From the human T2T-CHM13v2.0 reference genome, Homo sapiens, in the NCBI RefSeq assembly GCF_009914755.1, contig NC_060944.1: DNA of 64,000 nt. One strand, written 5' to 3'. The position numbers were made by a program, and so were the translations under genes. Each line of letters starts with the position of its first letter. Position 1 is the stretch's first letter. Shown here piece after piece: positions 54,333 through 64,000 of this stretch. The notes under the pieces are model-generated. The model saw nothing but the letters and a program-made list of their open reading frames with translations, was not told where the DNA came from and searched no databases.

Positions 54333-57239
54333 CGAATTCCTCAAACTATCCAAATATCCACTTGGAGATTCTACAAAAAGAGTGTTTCAAAACTGCTCTA
54401 TCAAAAGAAAGGTTCTACTCCGTCAGTTGAGGACACACATCACGAGTAAGTTTCTGACAATGCTTCTGTCTAGTTTTTATGGGAAGATATGTCCTTTTTC
54501 ACCTTAGGCCGGAAAGCGCTCCAAAAGTCCAGTTACAGACACTACAAAAAGAGTGTTTCAAACCTGCTCTGTGAAAGGGAATGTTCCATTCTGTGACTTG
54601 AATGCAAACATCACAAAGAAATTGCTGAGAATGCTGCTGTCTGCTTTTTATACCTTATCGCGTTTCCAACGAAATCCTCAAATCCAGCCAAATATCCACT
54701 TGCAGAGTCCACAAAAAGAGTGTTTCAAAACTATACTCTCCAAAGAAATGTTCAACTCTGTTAGTTGAGGACACACATCAGAGACTAGCTTCTGAGAATG
54801 CTTCTGTCCAGTTGTTACGGGAAGATATTTCCTTTTTCAACATAGGCCTGAAACCGCTTCAAATGTCCACTTCCAGATACTGCAAAGAGAGTGTTTCAAA
54901 CCTTCTCTACGAAAGGGCATGTTCTCCTCAGTGACGTCAATGCAAACATCCCAAAGAAGTTTCTGAGAATGCTTCTGTCTGGATTTTATCTGAAGACAAT
55001 CCCGTTTCCAACGAAATCCTCAAAGATATGCAAATATGCTCCTGCAGATTCTACAAAAAGAGTGTTTCAAAACTGCTCTATGAAAAGAAAGGTTCGACTC
55101 TGTTAGTAGAGGGCACACATCACAAACAAGTTGCCGAGAATGCTTCTGTCTGGTTTTTATGGGAAGATATTTCCTTTTCCAACACAAGCCTGAATGCGCT
55201 CCAAATGGACACTTCCAGACATGACAAAAGGAGTGTTTCAAACCTGTTCTGTGAAAGGGAACGTTCCATTCTGTGACTTGAATGCAAACATCACCAAGTA
55301 GTTTCTCAGAACGCTGCTGTCTGCTTTTTATATGTATTCCCGTTTCCAACGAAATCGTCAAAGCCAGCCAAATATCCACTTGCAGGTTCCACAGAAAGAG
55401 TGTTTCAAAACTGCTCTCTCAAAAGACATGTTCAACTCTGTCAGTTGAGGACACACATCACAAAGAAGTTTCTGAGAATGCTTCTGTCTAGTTTTTATGG
55501 GAAGATATTTCCTTTTTCACCATAGGCCTCAAAGCGCTCCAAATGTCCACTTCCAGGGAATGGAAAAAGAGTGTTTCCAACCTGCTCTATGAAAGCCAAT
55601 GTTCAACTCCGTGACTTGAATGCAACCATCACAAGGAAGTTTCTGAGAATGCTTCTGTCTAGGTTTTATATGAAGATATTCCCGTTTCCAACGAAATCCT
55701 CAAAGCTATCCAAATATCCACTTGGAGATTCTACAAAAAGAGTGTTTCAAAACTGCTCTATCAAAAGAAAGGTTCTACTCCGTCAGTTGAGGACACACAT
55801 CACGAGTAAGTTTCTGACAATGCTTCTGTCTAGTTTTTATGGGAAGATATGTCCTTTTTCACCTTAGGCCGGAAAGCGCTCCAAAAGTCCAGTTACAGAC
55901 ACTACAAAAAGAGTGTTTCAAACCTGCTCTGTGAAAGGGAATGTTCAATTCTGTGACTTGAATGCAAACATCACAAAGAAATTGCTGAGAATGCTGCTGT
56001 CTGCTTTTTATACCTTATCGCGTTTCCAACGAAATCCTTAAATCCAGCCAAATATCCACTTGCAGACTCCACAAAAAGAGTGTTTCAAAACTATACTCTC
56101 CAAAGAAATGTTCAACTCTGTTAGTTGAGGACACACATCAGAGACTAGCTTCTGAGAATGCTTCTGTCCAGTTGTTACGGGAAGATATTTCCTTTTTCAA
56201 CATAGGCCTGAAACCGCTTCAAATGTCCACTTCCAGATACTGCAAAGAGAGTGTTTCAAACCTTCTCTACGAAAGGGCATGTTCTCCTCAGTGACGTCAA
56301 TGCAAACATCCCAAAGAAGTTTCTGAGAATGCTTCTGTCTGGATTTTGTCTGAAGACAATCCCGTTTCCAACGAAATCCTCAAAGATATGCAAATATGCT
56401 CCTGCAGATTCTACAAAAAGAGTGTTTCAAAACTGCTCTATGAATAGAAAGGTTCGACTCTGTTAGTAGAGGGCACACATCACAAACAAGTTGCCGAGAA
56501 TGCTTCTGTCTGATTTTTATGGGAATATATTTCCTTTTCCAACACAAGCCTGAATGCGCTCCAAATGGACACTTCCAGATACGACAAAAGGAGTGTTTCA
56601 AACCTGTTCTGTGAAAGGGAACGTTCCATTCTGTGACTTGAATGCAAACATCACCAAGTAGTTTCTCAGAACGCTGCTGTCTGCTTTTTATATGTATTCC
56701 CGTTTCCAACGAAATCGTCAAAGCCAGCCAAATATCCACTTGCAGGTTCCACAGAAAGAGTGTTTCAAAACTGCTCTCTCAAAAGACATGTTCAACTCTG
56801 TCAGTTGAGGACACACATCACAATGAAGTTTCTGAGAATGCTTCTGTCTAGTTTTTATGGGAAGATATTTCCTTTTTCACCATAGGCCTCAAAGCGCTCC
56901 AAATGTCCACTTCCAGGGAATGGAAAAAGAGTGTTTCCAACCTACTGTATGAAAGCCAATGTTCAACTCCGTGACTTGAATGCAACCATCACAAGGAAGT
57001 TTCTGAGAATGCTTCTGTCTAGGTTTTATATGAAGATATTCCCGTTTCCAATGAAATCCTCAAAGCTATCCAAATATCCACTTGGAGATTCTACAAAAAG
57101 AGTGTTTCAAAACTGCTCTATCAAAAGAAAGGTTCTACTCCGTCAGTTGAGGACACACATCACGAGTAAGTTTCTGACAATGCTTCTGTCTAGTTTTTAT
57201 GGGAAGATATGTCCTTTTTCACCTTAGGCCGGAAAGCGC

Positions 57240-60200
57240 TCTAAAAGTCCAGTTACAGACACTACAAAAAGAGTGTTTCAAACCTGCTCTGTGAAAGGGA
57301 ATGTTCAATTCTGTGACTTGAATGCAAACATCACAAAGAAATTGCTGAGAATGCTGCTGTCTGCTTTTTATACCTTATCCCGTTTCCAACGAAATCCTCA
57401 AATCCAGCCAAATATCCACTTGCACACTCCACAAAAAGAGTGTTTCAAAACTATACTCTCCAAAGAAATGTTCAACTCTGTTAGTTGAGGACACACATCA
57501 GAGACTAGCTTCTGAGAATGCTTCTGTCCAGTTGTTACGGGAAGATATTTCCTTTTTCAACATAGGCCTGAAACCGCTTCAAATGTCCACTTCCAGATAC
57601 TGCAAAGAGAGTGTTTCAAACCTTCTCTACGAAAGGGCATGTTCTCCTCTGTGACGTCAATGCAAACAACCCAAAGAAGTTTCTGAGAATGCTTCTGTCT
57701 GGATTTTATCTGAAGACAATCCCGTTTCCAACGAAATCCTCAAAGATATGCAAATATGCTCCTGCAGATTCTACAAAAAGAGTGTTTCAAAACTGCTCTA
57801 TGAAAAGAAAGGTTCGACTCTGTTAGTAGAGGGCACACATCACAAACAAGTTGCCGAGAATGCTTCTGTCTGATTTTTATGGGAAGATATTTCCTTTTCC
57901 AACACAAGCCTGAATGCGCTCCAAATGGACACTTCCAGATATGACAAAAGGAGTGTTTCAAACGTGTTCTGTGAAAGGGAATGTTCCATTCTGTGACTTG
58001 AATGCAAACATCACCAAGTAGTTTCTCAGAACGCTGCTGTCTGCTTTTTATATGTATTCCCGTTTCCAACGAAATCGTCAAAGCCAGCCAAATATCCACT
58101 TGCAGGTTCCACAGAAAGAGTGTTTCAAAACTGCTCTCTCAAAAGACATGTTCAACTCTGTCAGTTGAGGACACACATCACAATGAAGTCTCTGAGAATG
58201 CTTCTGTCTAGTTTTTATGGGAAGATATTTCCTTTTTCACCATAGGCCTCAAAGCGCTCCAAATGTCCACTTCCAGGGAATGGAAAAAGAGTGTTTCCAA
58301 CCTACTGTATGAAAGCCAATGTGCAACTCCGTGACTTGAATGCAACCATCACAAGGAAGTTTCTGAGAATGCTTCTGTCTAGGTTTTATATGAAGATATT
58401 CCCGTTTCCAACGAAATCCTCAAAGCTACCCAAATATCCAATTGGAGATTCTACAAAAAGAGTGTTTCAAAACTGCTCTATCAAAAGAAAGTTTCTACTC
58501 CGTCAGTTGAGGACACACATCACGAGTAAGTTTCTGACAATGCTTCTGTCTAGTTTTTATGGGAAGATATGTCCTTTTTCACCTTAGGCCGGAAAGCGCT
58601 CCAAAAGTCCAGTTACAGACACTACAAAAAGAGTGTTTCAAACCTGCTCTGTGAAAGGGAATGTTCAATTCGGTGACTTCAATGCAAACATCACAAAGAA
58701 GTTGCTGAGAATGCTGCTGTCTGCTTTTTATACCTTATCCCGTTTCCAACGAAATCCTCAAATCCAGCCAAATATCCACTTGCAGACTCCACAAAAAGAG
58801 TGTTTCAAAACTGTACTGTCAAAAGAAATGTTCAACTCTGTTAGTTGAGGACACACATCAGAGACTAGCTTCTGAGAATGCTTCTGTCCAGTTGTTACGG
58901 GAAGATATTTCCTTTTTCAACATAGGCCTGAAACCGCTTCAAATGTCCGCTTCCAGATACTGCAAAGAGAGTGTTTCAAACCTTCTCTACGAAAGGGCAT
59001 GTTCTGCTCTGTGACGTCAATGGAAACATCCCAAAGAAGTTTCTGAGATTGCTTCTGTCTGGATTTTATCTGAAGACAATCCCGATTCCAACGAAATCCT
59101 CAAAGATATGCAAATATGCTCCTGCAGATTCCACAAAAAGAGTATTTCAAAACTGCTCTATGAATAGAAAGGTTCGACTCTGTTAGTAGAGGGCACACAT
59201 CACAAACAAGTTGCCGAGAATGCTTCTGTGTGGTTTTTATGGGAAGATATTTCCTTTTCCAACACAAGCCTGAATGCGCTCCAAATGGACACTTCCAGAT
59301 ACGACAAAAGGAGTGTTTCAAACCTGTTCTGGGAAAGGGAACGTTCCATTCTGTGACTTGAATGCAAACATCACCAAGTAGTTTCTCAGAACGCTGCTGT
59401 CTGCTTTTTATATGTATTCCCGTTTCCAACGAAATCGTCAAAGCCAGCCAAATATCCACTTGCAGGTTCCACAAAAAGAGTGTTTCAAAACTGCTCTCTC
59501 AAAAGACATGTTCAACTCTGTCAGTTGAGGACACACATCACAAATAAGTTTCTGAGAATGCTTCTGTCTAGTTTTTATGGGAACATATTTCCTTTTTCAC
59601 CATAGGCCTCAAAGCGCTCCAAATGTCCACTTCCAGGGAATGGAAAAAGAGTGTTTCCAACCTGCTCTATGAAAGCCAATGTTCAACTCCGTGACTTGAA
59701 TGCTACCATCACAAGGAAGTTTCTGAGAATGCTTCTGTCTAGGTTTTATATGAAGATATTCCCGTTTCCAACGAAATCCACAAAGCTATCCAAATATCCA
59801 CTTGGAGATTCTACAAAAAGAGTGTTTCAAAACTGCTCTATCAAAAGAAAGGTTCTACACCGTCAGTTGAGGACACACATCACGAGTAAGTTTCTGACAA
59901 TGCTTCTGTCTAGTTTTTATGGGAAGATATGTCCTTTTTCACCTTAGGCCGGAAAGCGCTCCAAAAGTCCAGTTACAGACACTACAAAAAGAGTGTTTCA
60001 AACCTGCTCTGTGAAAGGGAATGTTCAATTCTGTGACTTGAATGCAAACATCACAAAGAAGTTGCTGAGAATGCTGCTGTCTGCTTTTTATACCTTATCC
60101 CGTTTCCAACGAAATCCTCAAATCCAGCCAAATATCCACTTGCAGACTCCACAAAAAGAGTGTTTCAAAACTGTACTCTCCAAAGAAATGTTCAACTCTG

Positions 60201-63200
60201 TTAGTTGAGGACACACATCAGAGACTAGCTTCTGAGAATGCTTCTGTCCAGTTGTTACGGGAAGATATTTCCTTTTTCAACATAGGCCTGAAACCGCTTC
60301 AAATGTCCACTTCCAGATACTGCAAAGAGAGTGTTTCAAACCTTCTCTACGAAAGGGCATGTTCTCCTCAGTGACGTCAATGCAAACATCCCAAAGAAGT
60401 TTCTGAGAATGCTTCTGTCTGGATTTTATCTGAAGACAATCCCGTTTCCAACGAAATCCTCAAAGATATGCAAATATGCTCCTGCAGATTCTACAAAAAG
60501 AGTGTTTCAAAACTGCTGTATGAAAAGAAAGGTTCGATTCTGTTAGTAGAGGGCACACATCACAAACAAGTTGCCGAGAATGCTTCTGTCTGGTTTTTAT
60601 GGGAAGATATTTCCTTTTCCAACACAAGCCTGAATGCGCTCCAAATGGACACTTCCAGATACGACAAAAGGAGTGTTTCAAACCTGTTCTGTGAAAGGGA
60701 ACGTTCCATTCTGTGACTTGAATGCAAACATCACCAAGTAGTTTCTCAGAACGCTGCTGTCCGCTTTTTATATGTATTCCCGTTTCCAACGAAATCGTCA
60801 AAGCCAGCCAAATATCCACTTGCAGGTTCCACAGAAAGAGTGTTTCAAAACTGCTCTCTCAAAAGACATGTTCAACTCTGTCAGTTGAGGACACACATCA
60901 CAAAGAAGTTTCTGAGAATGCTTCTGTCTAGTTTTTATGGGAAGATATTTCCTTTTTCACCATAGGCCTCAAAGCGCTCCAAATGTCCACTTCCAGGGAA
61001 TGGAAAAAGGGTGTTTCCAACCTACTGTATGAAAGCCAATGTTCAACTCCGTGACTTGAATGCAACCATCACAAGGAAGTGTCTGAGAATGCTTCTGTCT
61101 AGGTTTTATATGAAGATATTCCCGTTTCCAACGAAATCCTCAAAGCTATCCAAATATCCACTTGGAGATTCTACAAAAAGAGTGTTTCAAAAGTGCTCTA
61201 TCAAAAGAAAGGTTCTACTCCGTCAGTTGAGGACACACATCACGAGTAAGTTTCTGACAATGCTTCTGTCTAGTTTTTTTGGGAAGATATGTCCTTTTTC
61301 ACCTTAGGCCGGAAAGCGCTCCAAAAGTCCAGTTACAGACACTACAAAAAGAGTGTTTCAAACCTGCTCTGTGAAAGGGAATGTTCAATTCTGTGACTTG
61401 AATGCAAACATCACAAAGAAGTTGCTGAGAATGCTGCTGTCTGCTTTTTATACCTTATCCCGTTTCCAACGAAATCCTCAAATCCAGCCAAATATCCACT
61501 TGCAGACTCCACAAAAAGAGTGTTTCAAAACTGTACTGTCAAAAGAAATGTTCAACTCTGTTAGTTGAGGACACACATCAGAGACTAGCTTCTGAGAATG
61601 CTTCTGTCCAGTTGTTACGGGAAGATATTTCCTTTTTCAACATAGGCCTGAAACCGCTTCAAATGTCCGCTTCCACATACTGCAAAGAGAGTGTTTCAAA
61701 CCTTCTCTACGAAAGGGCATGTTCTCCTCTGTGACGTCAATGCAAACATCCCAAAGAAGTTTCTGAGAATGCTTCTGTCTGGATTTTATCTGAAGACAAT
61801 CCCGTTTCCAACGAAATCCTCAAAGATATGCAAATATGCTCTTGCAGATTCTACAAAAAGTGTGTTTCAAAACTGCTCTATGAATAGAAAGGTTCGACTC
61901 TGTTAGTAGAGGGCACACATCACAAACAAGTTGCCGAGAATGCTTCTGTCTGGTTTTTATGGGAAGATATTTCCTTTTCCAACACAAGCCTGAATGCGCT
62001 CCAAATGGACACTTCCAGATACGACAAAAGGAGTGTTTCAAACCTGTTCTGGGAAAGGGAACGTTCCATTCTGTGACTTGAATGCAAACATCACCAAGTA
62101 GTTTCTCAGAACGCTGCTGTCTGCTTTTTATATGTATTCCCGTTTCCAACGAAATCGTCAAAGCCAGCCAAATATCCACTTGCAGGTTCCACAAAAAGAG
62201 TGTTTCAAAACTGCTCTCTCAAAAGACATGTTCAACTCTGTCAGTTGAGGACACACATCACAAAGAAGTTTCTGAGAATGCTTCTGTCTAGTTTTTATGG
62301 GAACATATTTCCTTTTTCACCATAGGCCTCAAAGCGCTCCAAATGTCCACTTCCAGGGAATGGAAAAAGAGTGTTTCCAACCTGCTCTATGAAAGCCAAT
62401 GTTCAACTCCGTGACTTGAATGCTACCATCACAAGGAAGTTTCTGAGAATGCTTCTGTCTAGGTTTTATATGAAGATATTCCCGTTTCCAACGAAATCCA
62501 CAAAGCTATCCAAATATCCACTTGGAGATTCTACAAAAAGAGTGTTTCAAAACTGCTCTATCAAAAGAAAGGTTCTACTCCGTCAGTTGAGGACACACAT
62601 CATGAGTAAGTTTCTGACAATGCTTCTGTCTAGTTTTTATGGGAAGATATGCCCTTTTTCACCTTAGGCCGGAAAGCGCTCCAAAAGTCCAGTTACAGAC
62701 ACTACAAAAAGAGTGTTTCAAACCTGCTCTGTGAAAGGGAATGTTCAATTCTGTGACTTGAATGCAAACATCACAAAGAAGTTGCTGAGAATGCTGCTGT
62801 CTGCTTTTTATACCTTATCCCGTTTCCAACGAAATCCTCAAATCCAGCCAAATATCCACTTGCAGACTCCACAAAAAGAGTGTTTCAAAACTGTACTGTC
62901 AAAAGAAATGTTCAACTCTGTTAGTTGAGGACACACATCAGAGACTAGCTTCTGAGAATGCTTCTGTCCAGTTGTTACGGGAAGATATTTCCTTTTTCAA
63001 CATAGGCCTGAAACCGCTTCAAATGTCCGCTTCCACATACTGCAAAGAGAGTGTTTCAAACCTTCTCTACGAAAGGGCATGTTCTCCTCTGTGACGTCAA
63101 TGCAAACATCCCAAAGAAGTTTCTGAGAATGCTTCTGTCTGGATTTTATCTGAAGACAATCCCGTTTCCAATGAAATAATCAAAGATATGCAAATATGCT

Positions 63201-64000
63201 CCTGCAGATTCTACAAAAAGAGTGTTTCAAAACTGCTCTATGAATAGAAAGGTTCGACTCTGTTAGTAGAGGGCACACATCACAAACAAGTTGCCGAGAA
63301 TGCTTCTGTCTGGTTTTTATGGGAAGATATTTCCTTTTCCAACACAAGCCTGAATGCGCTCCAAATGGACACTTCCAGATACGACAAAAGGAGTGTTTCA
63401 AACCTGTTCTGTGAAAGGGAACGTTCCATTCTGTGACTTGAATGCAAACATCACCAAGTAGTTTCTCAGAACGCTGCTGTCTGCTTTTTATATGTATTCC
63501 CGTTTCCAACGAAATCGTCAAAGCCAGCCAAACATCCACTTGCAGGTTCCCCAAAAAGAGTGTTTCAAACTGCTCTCTCAAAAGACATGTTCAACTCTGT
63601 CAGTTGAGGACACACATCACAAAGATGTTTCTGAGAATGCTTCTGTCTAGTTTTTATGGGAAGATATCTCCTTTTTCACCATAGGCCTCAAAGCGCTCCA
63701 AATGTCCACTTCCAGGGAATGGAAAAAGAGTGTTTCCAACCTGCTCTATGAAAGCCAATGTTCAACTCCGTGACTTGAATGCAACCATCACAAGGAAGTT
63801 TCTGAGAATGCTTCTGTCTAGGTTTTATATGAAGATATTCCCGTTTCCAACGAAATCCTCAAAGCTATCCAAATATCCACTTGGAGATTCTACAAAAAGA
63901 GTGTTTCAAAACTGCTCTATCAAAAGAAAGGTTCTACTCCGTCAGTTGAGGACACATATCACGAGTAAGTTTCTGAGAATGATTCTGTCTAATTTTTATG
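57240..64000 (-). repeat. Long-range block duplicate of ~28.7-38.2 kb, lacking two HOR units
   Basis: Same ordered series of private variants at offsets 28554, 27194 and then 25834 (e.g. 31439/58633, 31777/58971, 33528/60722, 35857/61691, 37608/63442). Confidence 0.87.

Larger units (their letters stand above)
1..64000 (-). repeat. Alpha-satellite higher-order repeat array: ~47 copies of a 1,360-bp 8-mer HOR, SF2 (D1/D2)-like
   Basis: ~170-bp monomers with alphoid hallmarks (aaagagtgtttcaaaactgctct, ttctgagaatgcttctgtct). The identical marker ORF MQTSPSS recurs at 215, 1573, 2933, 4293 ... 62082, 63442 with 1358-1360 bp steps, except around 13.8-17.2 kb. SF2 is inferred from the minus-strand motifs GATGTGTGTCCTCAACT, GCATTCAAGTCACAG and GAGGATTTCGTTGGAAACGGGA (recalled consensus, not aligned). 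Confidence 0.98.

Noticed and set aside
215-63684. About 230 short ORFs of 60-185 aa on both strands
   Set aside because: They recur at the HOR period, open and close with random SNVs and 1-bp indels, and have no recognisable domain. They are satellite translation artefacts, used here only as variant markers.
1-64000. Hidden Alu/L1 insertion, inversion or non-alphoid island
   Set aside because: HOR phase is continuous to within 1-2 bp except for the two dimer deletions, all boxes are on one strand, and I saw no poly(A) tail or foreign sequence.
1-64000. Assignment to a specific chromosome or to the kinetochore (CDR) site
   Set aside because: It cannot be supported without alignment to reference HORs and epigenetic data.

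Overview
The whole 64-kb window is primate centromeric alpha-satellite DNA in a single orientation; the + strand is the reverse complement of the conventional CATTCTCAGAAAC... consensus. I see no genes, transposons or inversions. About 376 monomers of ~170 bp form about 47 copies of a 1,360-bp 8-monomer higher-order repeat (HOR). CENP-B-box monomers alternate with pJalpha-box monomers. The monomers look like suprachromosomal family 2 (D1/D2 dimeric), resembling from memory the human chr2/18/20 branch, but chromosome and species cannot be fixed without alignment. All listed ORFs are repeat artefacts. I found no new gene system; what is interesting is structural. (1) The 8-mer is a diverged duplication of a 680-bp tetramer. 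(2) Two adjacent, different 6-mer deletion variants break at the A/B-box position, one exactly inside a CENP-B box. (3) HOR haplotypes change at about 19-20 kb. (4) Nested super-repeats span 1, 2, 4, 5 and 6 HORs, and one block recurs ~27 kb away missing whole HOR units. (5) Mutated CENP-B boxes have expanded locally. (6) A perfect CRE palindrome (TGACGTCA) occurs once per HOR. All comparisons were made by eye and from the ORF track, not by computed alignment.
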